From: Bugula neritina
Taxonomy: Eukaryota; Animalia; Bryozoa
DNA: 64,000 bases
Reading direction: 5' to 3'
Assembly: GCA_964035545.1 (NCBI GenBank)
Contig: OZ037767.1
Coordinates: 25,374,628-25,438,627, forward strand
This document shows, piece after piece, positions 37,721 through 53,545 of the stretch; the first letter of the stretch is position 1; each line of letters opens with the position of its first letter. A program made the translations under genes and the position numbers. The notes beneath the pieces are model-generated. The model was not told where the DNA came from, did not search any database, and saw only the letters and a list, made by a program, of their open reading frames with translations.

Positions 37721-40700
37721 ATGTCTCAAACACTGACATTATTTGCTTGTACAACATGCCATAATAAATTTCCCTTTGAATCCCTGATTGGTTCGTCTAT
37801 GAAATGCAGTGTAAGTCACTATCAGTATCAAATAATCAATTTTAATTAAATCATTTAATGATTTATAATCAAATTGAAATTGAAATTGAATTTCAATTTG
37901 AATATAGTATTAATACTGACTATGACTAAGTTTGTAACACTAACTGTGTAAGACTAAACGTAATACTAAATGCAATTAATAGTAACACAAATATACGTAG
38001 TAATAGTAATACTACTACTACTAGTACTAGTAGAACTAGACGTCGTAGTTTAACTTTAAGTTTAAGTAAAATAAAAACTAAAAGTAGACTACATTTTTAT
38101 TTTCATTTTGATTTAACTAATTGTTACATTAAGTTTAGGACTTAAATTCAACATGCCATGACTAATCTCTGTCAATACTCATACAGATAAACTGATGGTA
38201 ATACTAATACTGATTCTCATAGTCAGTCTCCTATTGATAGTGACACTGTGTTTTAGCACATACTGATACTACTGATATTTGGACTAGTTTAACTTTAAGT
38301 TTGTTTTTTGCATTGTAGCCAATTTAATGAAAAATGACAATATGTTTATGCTAAGACTTCGCAGTAAAGAGGGTAAATCTAAATTGCATCTGTCAACAAG
38401 CTAACTAGTTACCACAGTTAAAATACTAAGTTTATTAGTTATCTGATAGCTATCATTCTGTGCAATCAATTTTTCTGTCACTGACTACATCATGATCATG
38501 TCAAAAAATTGACCACATCAACTGCACTTTAGAGTTATTATAAATATGTGATTATAGGCTTGCCAAAAGGGGAGCAATAAGGTGTATGGGCCCACAGTTT
38601 GTACTTATTGTAGAGAAGAATTCACAGGGTAAGTTGCATTCATTTGTATCTATATTATAGATGTGATGTAAATATATTGTCACTGTTCATATAATATGCC
38701 CTACATGCATGTGTAGTGTGACAATATTGTTTATGGTAACCCCACTATCAACACTTCTCCTTATATTTCTCACTTAGTTGCAAATAATCTTACCTTACAA
38801 CTTGATGACTAATAAATTAAAGTTTTTATGCTTTTCATACCGCCATGAATCAATAAACTTTTAGATATTTATAGGGGGAGTGACTCCAATTCAATATGTT
38901 CAAAGTGCACTGCCAATGTGAAGCAATATGGAAAGGTAAAATCTATTATGAATGTGTTTTACTACTTGACAATTGCCAATCAGGTGGATTATGTTGCCAA
39001 AAAGGAAATAGACTATTAAAAATTTATTGGTTATTCTTTCAGCCCAGAGCCTGTGAAATATGTAATGTCATAGCGGCCTTCATTGGTAACAAGTGTAAGC
39101 GATGTGTGGTGTCGGAGAGCAAGTGGGGGGCACCTGTTACCTGTCAGCAGTGTAAACAAAAGTGTGCTTTCAACAGAGATAGAGAAAGTAAGCAAAAGGT
39201 AATGTAGGCAAGTCTGTAGTTTGTTAGTAGTCTGTCTGTGTAAGTTGGTAGACTGTATTATTATCAGTAGCTGAGTTATATTGTTTGTGTAGCTTAATGA
39301 AGTTGAATATAAGTGTTCATGGCCTCTGGTCCAATAATAACAGTGCTGAGTTGATATCAATATGCTCACTGGCAACTGGTAATTTAGCAGGTAAACAGTA
39401 AAGTACTCTGCTGGCTGTGCACTATTGCCTACAAGAAAGTGCTCTCTAAGGCCAAGAGGATGGAAAGTGCAGAGGGTCAGCTGCATAAACGCAAAGCTGA
39501 TCCTTTTTCTCTTGGAAAATCACATTCTCGCAGGTTTGTTACAGAGTTCACAAGCTGCTCTTAGATCGTTTAAATGAAATGTTATTCAACTGTAGCATAG
39601 TAATGTATTACTCTTAGTTCTTGGCTAATCATAAGTAATCACTGATAGTTATGACTTTGCTGTCATAACATCTTATATTGTCAAATTTGTTTGTTTAGAG
39701 TTTGTAGTCAAATTTTACAGACAAAATACAATAAGTGAATATGATACATCTAATAATGTGTCTTGTAAAATTAATTTCTTCTTTATCAAGTGTGGAGCTT
39801 TCAGGGATGTTCTTCTATTCATTTCGTATTCAAACACTTGACACTGCTGGTATATAATTTTATCAGTTGAGCTGTGTTCGTCTATTTACAGCAAACCGGA
39901 GAGTCATCAGTCCAAGAAAAGCAAATCATCCACCAGCAAAACGGATAATCTAAACAGTGTTTCACCCCACGGGTAAGAATTACAGAATTTTATGTCTGCT
40001 TGCTATCTACTAGTCTGTATGGGTTAAGCAGCCATTCATTGTTGTCTATGTTTACATTTCTGTCTTCTTTCCTATCATCATTACTTATCTCACATTTGTG
40101 ACTGGTGTTGTTTCTAAGGCAATAATCTCTGAAAAATTTTAAGAATTAAAATATCTTGTGATCATTATGTTGTAGTCTTTTGGCTTCTTAAAACAAATCT
40201 TGGTGTTCAAATGTTTTTATCAAAATATATTATCATGTTATAATAATCAGGCACATCAATATTCCTTCAAAATAAAACACTTCTGACATTGTTGTTTTAA
40301 AGCGAACCTTAAGACTTATGTATTCACAACATCTAAATTTTCATAAATTTCTAATTGTCCTTGAACTGTATCTGATTCCAAGCAATTCATATATTGTCCA
40401 CTTTAAACAGATGGGTTGTGGCCAGAAAAATTTACATTCTGTCAATCAGACTTGACATAACTGAACATGGTTGGCTAGATCTCGTCTTTTATCTGTAACA
40501 CACAGTTTAATATACCCGACTAGATCCCCTCATCTTAATGTTGTAAAAATTTTGTTTGCAATTTTCAGCAATGAGAATGCGGCCAATGGCTACCTACATG
40601 ATTTGAATATCGTATTAGTGACACAACTCCAAGAAGAGGTGGAATCTCTTAAAAAAACTGTAGCAGCTAAAGATAAAGAGCTGATAGAAAAGGAAAGGAA

Positions 40701-41269
40701 GGTATATGAATAATTATAAACGTAATAATGTTGATTTTTTATTTCCCCTGAAGATGTTTGCTGTGTAATTGCTATGATCACATATATGCATGTAGATGAC
40801 TGAGTTTAAAACACTGAAAATGGAGACAGACAAAGCACACAGAGAAAAGATATCATCGATGCAAGCGATGTATACAAATACTATTGAAAGCTTGCAAGTA
40901 TGTGATATGATACGGAAGATTTTGTCAGTTTTGCATGTGATAACGTATTTTCAGGTTTAATATCACTGCTACAATATCAATTAAACAGTTTCAAGCCATT
41001 TTGCTTGACAAGTTGTTCTACGTCAAGTTTTAGTGTATGTCTTTGTAGTTTTCAGTTTGACTGTATTAGTGTAACCAGTGTGTGTTTGAATCAATATTAT
41101 TTACCAAACGTGGGAAGCATCTTTATTTTTACTACTATTCTCTTCATTTTATGATTTACTGGTTTGAATTTTTCAGCAAAAGAACACAGAGTACCTTAAG
41201 CAAATAGCTGCTTTATCAAAGGCTAATAAACGTGGTCCTTCTACTGTTACGAGCAGCAACGGCATTTGA
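37721..41269 (+). CDS. FAM76B: FAM76A/B family protein (Cys-rich N-terminus, C-terminal coiled coil)
   Basis: Exons 37721-37810, 38558-38628, 38875-38935, 39043-39198, 39391-39533, 39892-39972, 40569-40701, 40797-40897, 41178-41269. LFACTTCHNKFPFE, PRACEICNVIAAFIGNKCKRC, CQQCKQKCAFNR and VLCWLCTIAYKKVL match recalled FAM76; probably a co-ortholog of FAM76A and FAM76B. Confidence 0.95.
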
Positions 41270-43711
41270 ATCTATCAGATAAGTCTACGTAACCTCTGTT
41301 ATAGTAGGTTATATCAATTAACATGCACCTCATTATTTGTATAAATTGAGTTTTTATGCAATTAAGCAATTAACATATTTGTAATCTCATTATTCTGCTT
41401 TTTTAATACGATGTTTTAATATTCATTTTGTGCACAACTATTACGCCACATACTATTTTAATCCATGCATATTTAATGTGCCAGTTTACAGTTTTACGAG
41501 TAAGTTGTAGCAATAACATAGGTTTTGGGTTTATTTGTTTTTTCTTATACTTGTACTCTAGTAACTTAATATGATGCTATTTAAGACAATTATTTTAATA
41601 TGCCCGGCTTTAATCAATATTCTTTATTGTGTTTTACTTGCAACTTGTTCTATTATTTTGATATGTTTCTTATTCTATTTATGGTAATATCTACTGTAAT
41701 TTATCAATATTGTATTCATTCATTAGAACTGTACTGAGAGAGTAACAAATCAAAATACTGGCATTTTAAATTTTAAGCTTTATTATTAAAAGTATTTAGC
41801 TGATATATCAGAAAAAAGGGAGCTGTATCATTTTGAACTGACATCATTTTGAAAATCTCATTTTCTCCTAATTTTTTGAGCCATAACACTGGGTACAAGA
41901 CAAACATCTTGGTTTAGAAGCCATATTTATTATTCAATGAGCTCTCTCTCTCTCGCTGCATAATGTTGACAAAACCTTAGAATTGTTGATATTGGTGGAC
42001 TACACAAATCATTTTGGCCAAACTATTGTTCTTGTTATTGTATTTAACTTCACATATACTGATATCACTAGTTCTATTTCTTGACCCTACTGTGCATTCA
42101 AAGTTTTTTTTACCACTGGTTAATGTTTTTGATGGAGTTTATTACTGAATATTCAACCACAATCACCTATTTACCATTTTCTTCAATAAATGTTAATCTT
42201 CATGAGCTAGGTTACATTGTTATATTTTTCTTCACCGCTGCTATTAAAATTGTCACATAATCTCCTATAAAGTTACACAATGCTATTTTATTTTATATTA
42301 AAGTTTTTGTGGCTGTATTTTTGACATTAAAGTCGCTTGAGATATCACTTTGTACTGCTGATTATTGCAGCAATAATATTTCTTTTATATTGCAATTGAA
42401 CTCCAAAGCCTCATTTAATGAGAAGCTCTAAAAATAATTTTCTGTTTCATTTTAGAAACGTAATTATTAATTAATTTGCTTAGCTGCTTTCTGAATGATG
42501 CATTTTATCACACAATCTCCCTGTCACTCTAATTTTAGATAAATAATTTAAAGTTTTATTGATTTTAAGTGTATAGGGAAATCAATAACTAAAGAGGGTA
42601 TGACTTAGCTAATGCAGCTAATATAATTTATATAATATAAATGAAATCTTCACTGAATATGAATAAATTGATCACAGGACCTAGTGTAGTGTAGTGTACT
42701 CTTCTGGCATTTTGCATGACGCTGATACTCTGTGGGAAATTACGCAGCTGATTTTTAATTAGTAATAATAAGCTATAGCATTGCTAGCTGTAAAGACAGA
42801 GTAAGGAATGAATAGTAAATACTAGATACTGACTAATAGTTTAAATAGAACGAAGGGGTAATCTATAGAACATTTAGTATATTGAAGTACATTCAGATTG
42901 AATGCTGGTTCAAAATGACACAGGTACGTAATCTACATTCCCACATCCGTAGTTTTTGCTTTATTGCTAATAGCTTATATAGATAGGCTACTACTTTGAA
43001 TGATGATAAATATTGATACACATAGATTTTAAAAAATACCTACAAGAAAAGTAACGCAATTTGAACTTTTTTACATGTGATTATCCAATTTATGTTGGTT
43101 TGAAGCTTATTTTCAGGATATACACATCTGACAAGATAGGTTGACATTTCTCTTGGACCTTCTCAAGTTTCATTAGTACAGGTTTATGGCTGCTTACAAA
43201 GTAGCAACTTTTAATTTTTTTTTCTCATTGCATAGTTTACTTGAGATACTTTTCAATAGATTTAACAACTTTACTTGTAGACTATAGATCTTGTTTTCTG
43301 TGATTATCTGGTGCAAGCAGATATGCCATAAAATGCTTTCACACTTCCAATTTAAATATGAATACACAATGTATGTATTAGAACTTGTATGTGATTATTT
43401 TATATGCATGATAGTAGGTTTCTGAAAACCTGCTCGACTATCTTACAAACCTGCCTGATTTTTCTTCAATAGGTAATTATAAAGTTTTTTGCGGTATTTG
43501 CAACAGTAACACGCCCCCATATTAGTAAGCAAACAGTAGATTTTTTAAATGTAGGGTGAAAATCAAATAGGTATTCTGAACACATGCTATTGGGATATAT
43601 GCATCACATTTTTCAGTCTTTCTTTATACCTATAATACAATCAGCATTGTAAACTATTTTAAGAGTTGTGTACCCTTTTGTAAAAAATGTATCCCAATTA
43701 TTTTTTTATAG

Positions 43712-44026
43712 CAAACTGGCCCAGGAACAGAAGAAATAAATGCTACAATTAAAAACTTGCAACAACAGAAATCTTTTGAAGTAACTTTAAATGGTATAGA
43801 AAAAGAATATAAGAAAGCTGTGAAACGAAACTACTTTCATTGGCTAGAATCTCTTGAACAACTGCGTCATGATAGGAAAGTGAGCAAAGCTGTACAGCAT
43901 TTCTCTGAAGCACAGTGGAAACAGACCCGTCAAGCTAACAAGGAAGCAAAATCAAATATTTTCATGAAAAAGGCTAAAGCAGAAAAAAGAAAAACCATGC
44001 TTCATAAAAAAGGGCACAACAACTAA
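43712..44026 (+). other. Orphan exon-like ORF (104 codons, basic, helical), no family recognised
   Basis: Strong acceptor TTTTTTTATAG at 43711 followed by an open frame QTGPGTEEINAT...KKGHNN*; no in-phase upstream exon found. Confidence 0.35.
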
Positions 44027-44071
44027 GTTAGAGAAATATGAAACCATTATAAATATGGCATAATTAATGTA

Positions 44072-44096
44072 CCCCCCCCCCCCCCCCCCCCCCCCC
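44072..44096. repeat. Poly(C) tract, 25 nt
   Basis: Direct reading. Confidence 0.95.
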
Positions 44097-44967
44097 AGTA
44101 TATGTAACCAAGTGTGGAATTATACATTTATTATATATTTTTTTGGTGCGTAGGCAATGAATAGGGATAGCCCATGTCACAGATATTTTTGACTTGAAAG
44201 GCTGTCACTTTGGTACGCTCAATAATATATTATTTAAGCAATATCGTGAAACAAATACAAAATTTCTGTTTATCTCAATTAAGAACAATAATAATGTAAC
44301 GGATTAACAACTTTATTGTGTATTCAGAAAAACATTATGTACACAATGAAGAGGGAATATTTTTACAGCACTAGAATAAAATGGCTATTGATAAATACAA
44401 CTTTACTGAAAATGAACAATTATCTGGTACTCAAGCAACGAATAAGCTTAATAAACATTGCAAATTGGTTTCTACCTGAAAAAATGTATTATAATATATT
44501 CCTTGTATTTGAGAGCAACTAACAATAAAGCTGCACTGCACCAAACTTTTCGAAAGTATTACTGGCTTTCTTTAAATTCTAATAAGATAGTAACATAATT
44601 GACTAATACCTAAATACATGTGAAAGATAAAAGATATCTCCACAACTAAAGAAAAAAATGAGTAGTATAATATTAGCAATTCGCAAGGTTTAGAAAACCA
44701 TGCAAATTGTTTTAATAATATATTATATCTCAGGAGATGGATAAATAGGGTTACACTAATATTATTTCATAGTAATTAATGAAATGAAATATGAAGAGCA
44801 AGTGTGTCGCAATGTGTCTTCAGTAACAAACAGGGAACTCCCCTGGTTATTGCAACATCGAAGGTATATGTATAGACTTGGTGGGAATAGCCAGGAATTT
44901 GATGGTAGGAGATAGAAACATTATCTGTCATTGGACAAAGCTATGTATTGATAGAGCTGTCTTTTCT

Positions 44968-46818
44968 CTATGAAAGATCTACAAAAGAAAAAAGTGCCAG
45001 GTTTAAAGTCAATGGTAGACATGAATTACACAGATTCATAAATTCAGATGTGAGAAAGCATGACCGAAGGAAGCAACAAAAATTCGTTAAACTGTAACAC
45101 CTTTAACTGGCCATTATAAGATTCAACACTGAGGTTATTCTATTCAAGTTAGCGTTTAACATGTACATTATATATTATCACAACTCACAGCATAATTCCA
45201 AAACAGCATGTAAAGACAATTCTTTATACAGCCTACAGTGACTGAAAACTGAAACTTCAAGACCAAAACTTACAGGAGGCTTCACTACTGTTGGCAAAAT
45301 GTCGGTGTACTTGATCATGATTGAATTTGAGGAAAGCTTCATATTGTTCAGCAAGTTTTGAAGCTAGCACCTGATCATATTCTTCACACAACTGTTCAGT
45401 CCTTTCTTTCACCATCTTTTCACACAAGATCATCATCTGCCTACAACACCAAACATTGTATCACATGTACATCAAAGGGTATGATTTGGGATGTCTTTTT
45501 CATAGAATATTTTGTCACAACCAATATCAATGCTCATAATTATTAGCCTGTTTACGTACTGAAGGGAGAATTCATGGCGTGGTGGCTAGAACGCTGACCC
45601 AGTGTGCACTAGGTCAAGGGATCAAGTCTAGGCATTGGCATGTGAGAAAAAGCATTCAATTATAATTGCTCCTGTGCCACATCATACACAGTTTATGCTT
45701 GCTTATAAAACAACTTGGGTACTATGGGGCTCTCAGAGATCAATATCTTGAACGAATGTGAGTCTTATGAATGCTAATGAAAGTGGCTTAGGGTAATAAA
45801 TTGCTAGTTGTGAGTGATAAGATAACTTCCAATTTTATAACTCTGATAAACCTCCACCCAGCACAACTTTCTTGTAATCTTTATTTACTGGGGGATTTAC
45901 TAGTATCAAAATATCACCTTCCTCCTCGCCTTGAGCTACAGATTAGTGTTTAATATGGGTCTGGTTAAGCAATAATGACACTCAACACTTAAACACTTCA
46001 GGTGCTGTAAACAATACAGAATTTCAGGTCACATAAGTAAAAAGTACATCACTATATACTTGTATGTAAAGAGCGGGGTGTTGTCCTTTTTACTTGATGC
46101 TGTAGGATGGTTATATGATGAAGGAGATGCTGTGGCTGACAATATCTCAGAATCAGAGCTGTCTGAGTGTGAACTGGAAGCTTGGGCATTGACTAACTTT
46201 CTTCTATGTCTCAACCTCTTTATCTCTGATTTAATACTAGCAGCAAGTTGCTCTGGAATATCACAATATATTTACTGCGGCATTGCATAACATACTAAGT
46301 ACCAGAGCTTTTTAGTTTATATTTCTATCCAACCAAACTCATCATACTCATAGCACTTAAATAACATAAAAATGTTGAATATAAATTATCAAACCTAATA
46401 TGAATAGGGCATATCAAATATCATTGTTTTAAATGATTTAGTTATTCAATTTCAATATTTTAAATAAAAACAATATATTATTAAATATAAATTTCATTAT
46501 TAAGCGATTCAAAGATAACTTTAACTAAACGACAATGTGAAGCTATTGATATGTATATCATCATGAGAGTCTAAGCCTAAGGTAAAGTCAAAGTAAGATA
46601 AAACTGGTTAAAAACAAACCTCTATCCAGTGAAGATGTGACTTCTTTAAAAACTGATGGTGGTTTCAGAGGAGATGAAACTGCCATAGAGTTTGACTTAG
46701 AAGTATTGGCAGCTGTTAAAGGCATGGCCATGGGCATACATCTTCGCCTTTTTGGTCTCCTTGTTATAAGTGGATCAAAATCAAGACTCCGCTTTAAACT
46801 TAGAGTAGCACAAGCCAT
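44968..46818 (-). CDS. akirin: Akirin
   Basis: Exons 46620-46818, 46060-46252, 45274-45440, 44968-44978. N-terminal MACATLSLKRSLDFDP and NLS PKRRRC; C-terminal EEYDQVLASKLAEQYEAFLKFNHDQV..ASYLS*. Probable non-coding first exon ends at 47926 (AAG|GTAAGT). Confidence 0.97.
45564..45770 (+). mobile_element. tRNA-derived SINE copy 2 (antisense in an akirin intron)
   Basis: A box TGGCGTGGTGG, B-box-like GGATCAAGTCT, core ATAATTGCTCCTGTGCCACAT shared with the 15734 copy. Confidence 0.65.
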
Positions 46819-48234
46819 TGACTTTGAGATTGGTAACCAACTGAGGATGAATAATCAATAAATAATATCAATAGCATTTATGGCCAATGCCCAATGGACA
46901 ACCACAATTTGACAATTGGCATGACTGTGGTGAAACTGAAAGTGAATAGGCTTGGATATACTATAATTAAATTAAATTTAAGCGAATTCTAAAGTGAAAT
47001 CTATTGCGTGTTTTATTTTTAAAATTTTTCTTGGGCCTATTTTACTTTTACTAGTATAACAGACACACTTACACTATGAGTATGAGTATCCGTATGACTA
47101 TCAATATCAAGTATGGGTAGCCGCATGGGTCAGTGTGAGTGATTGAAAATATATTTAACTTTAGATTTCCCTTTAAATTTAATATGAATAATAATATAAA
47201 CTTATGTCTAAACTATCTTATTGATATTTTTTGAATATTAAATTTAATAATAATACTAATAGTAATAGTGCAACTAACAGTAAAACTAAATAGAATACTA
47301 ATACTCGTAATACTATTTTAATTTATTAATACTTATACAGTATTACTAATATTTTACTAATACTAATACTAATAGTAATACTAATACACTTACAGTAATA
47401 ACTAATACTAATAGTAATACTAATACTCACTAATAGTAATAGTAAAACTTACACTAATACCAATAGTAATACAGTAATACTAATAGTAATACTAATTACT
47501 AATTTAATTTTCTTGTCTTTGACTTTGAGTTCGACTGTTTCAATTTGAGGTTTGAACAATAACTGAATAATTTTAAATAATTTTCTACGGCTACCAGTAC
47601 CAGTACTATTATCTATAAGTTTAGTTTAACAAATACTATTGCTAAAGTATTACTGATTAGTATTACTTTATTATTATTAGTGAATTGCATTAACTGTTAA
47701 GTTCAACATTTACTTATTACTAGCACAGTACTCAGTAGCCGTAGGGTAGCAGCTTCACGCCATAACAGGTCAGTCTTAGTCTACCATTATGTAAAAGTTA
47801 ATTCTTCAAATAAGCTCAACTAGATGAGTCAATGACAGAGCCTTGCATGACTGCTAGTACTATTTATGGACAAAACCGATCGAAATCACGGGTGGGCTTC
47901 TAGAATTAGTGACTTTATCACTTACCTTTTGACTTCGAGTTTGTGTTACATTGGGGGCATTATCTTGACAAATAGCTCCTTAATTTTGATATAAAAGTAA
48001 GTGTAAAATTGACTACAAACTTGTTTTTATGAAAAGTAATCGTTTTATAAGATTTATGCCAACTAACAAATACGATGAAGATCGATTTAAATTATATTTT
48101 CAAAATTTTCAACGGCCATATAATTAACCATAGGATTAGTAGCAGGACGAATTATAACAAAGCCATAAAGTATTATTTGCGAAATCTCTTTTTGCATATC
48201 TTCGATAGAATAATTTAGTTGCAGCAGATATTAT

Positions 48235-48262
48235 AGAGACGTCATTGGAAATTGACGTCTCT
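48235..48262. promoter_or_regulatory. Inverted pair of CRE-like sites in the akirin/POLR2F divergent promoter
   Basis: AGAGACGTCA-TTGGAAAT-TGACGTCTCT, a perfect 10-bp inverted repeat lying between the inferred non-coding first exons (donors at 47926 - and ~48362 +). Confidence 0.6.
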
Positions 48263-49832
48263 TGTAAAAGTCATTGATTTGTCTATACCATAGAAAACTT
48301 TTTATTTATTTATCAAGGCTTAACCATGTTTTCATTTTGATAATCACACTGCGTTTAAGAGTGTGAGTTACTGTAAACTGTGTTAGAGCCAAATTCAACG
48401 TTTATTACAATATTAGTTCCAAAATGAAAATAGTTATAGGGGAACTAGTAATAGTGCTACTAGTACTACTAGGTGTATCAATTAAAATAATAACTTTAAT
48501 AATTAAATTTAATGGTACATAAAATTATTGTTTAATAATAATATGATTATGATTGTTATAAATTTAATATTACTTATGCCTATGGTTTATTGAATTAATT
48601 GTTATGAAATTTAAATATAAATGATTTATCGTGATATGCCATTCTTATAAAATTAGATGACCACAATAAGTATAACGAATAAAATTAAAATATAATCAAT
48701 AAAATTACATCCTATTCATGATCACTATCATAATTATAATCATAATGATTGTAATCACCGTGGGCTTTAATATAATTATAGTTGAAGTTTAAAATAGTTT
48801 TGCTATTAGTATTGGAAATTAATATAATCATTATGATTATGCACTATTATTATAAAGACTCGCGTGAGTATATAGTTGCGATTTCTGTGAGAATCCCAGT
48901 GAAAAAGGGTTTGAAGGATCTTTTTCTATTGTGGCAAAGGAGCAGTGATCACTAAATTATGCATTATGATTATGATTACTTTAATAATAATACTCGAACT
49001 GAGTGATTTGCTCTGATTGAACTGATATTGTGCTCTTGGTATTACTATGCCTATCACAATTAGTATTATTAACTAATAAGGATCTAAATGCTAATAGTAA
49101 TTAGTAATTTTATCATTTTAATAAGCATAATCATAAAAATAATTCGAATAGTAATAATCATGGTAGGTCAAGTACTTATTGAAGCTAGGTGTAGGTTGTT
49201 GAAAATTGATCAAAAGACAGCTGATATATCATTAATAACTATCTGACTTTTTTGTAATGTTTAATATCAATAGGCACACAATTTATATTAACAGCAACAA
49301 AGGGTTTGAATTTGATTCTTCTTCATGTTTTAATTGCAAAGCAAATAAATTTTTTAGAATAGTTAAAATAGTTATAGAGAAATTTGAGTTATTCTAGAGT
49401 AAATTTAGGTGCCTCATGACATGCAAAAAACAACTATCTGTGCTGAATTTCAGCATTGCTGCATTAGCAACGCTTGTTCTACTAATTAGAGTTATAGCTG
49501 AAATATATGATTATTAATTGTGATAATATAAATGCATTAGATATTTTTAAAATTCAGAAAGTTCAGTTATTGATATAATTGAAAAATGAACATTAATAGG
49601 TCTATTATTACTAAATTGTGTTACTATTAGTTTTATAAGTCAAAGAACCAGTTACTCTAATATCTCAAGAAATTGTGAATATAACTGTCTAATATTTTAC
49701 AGGATTAAGTGAGTGAGAATTGAAACAGAAGCACTGTACTGGGAGTGTGTTTGTCTAAAGTTGTACAGGAGTATCACCACCAACAGTGGTCTCAGCTCTT
49801 AAAGAGATTCCCATTATTCCTCCTCAATCAAC

Positions 49833-53204
<3,372 letters not shown>

Positions 53205-53215
<11 letters not shown>

Positions 53216-53545
53216 TGTGTCTACACATATGCCGGGATATCTCAGATACCTAGTGTGTCTACACATATGCCGGGATATCTCAGATACCTAGTGTGTCTAC
53301 ACATATGCCGGGATATAACAGATACCTAGTGTGTCTACACATATGCCGGGATATCTCAGATACCTAGTGTGTCTACACATATGCCGGGATATAACAGATA
53401 CCTAGTGTGTCTACACATATGCCGGGGATATAAGAGATACCTAGTGTGTCTACACATATGCCGGGATATCTCAGATACCTAGTGTGTCTACACATATGCC
53501 GGGATATCTCAGATACCTAGTGTGTCTACACATATGCCGGGATAT
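53205..53545 (+). repeat. 38-bp tandem repeat, 9 copies, starting inside the last POLR2F codons
   Basis: Unit CAGATACCTAGTGTGTCTACACATATGCCGGGATATCT; the first copy supplies GAT ACC TAG (D-T-stop). Confidence 0.95.

Noticed and set aside
13325-46818. Innate-immunity gene cluster (TRIM, lectin-like, FAM76, akirin)
   Set aside because: Links are loose, the genes are interspersed with housekeeping genes, and the sequence gives no evidence of co-regulation.
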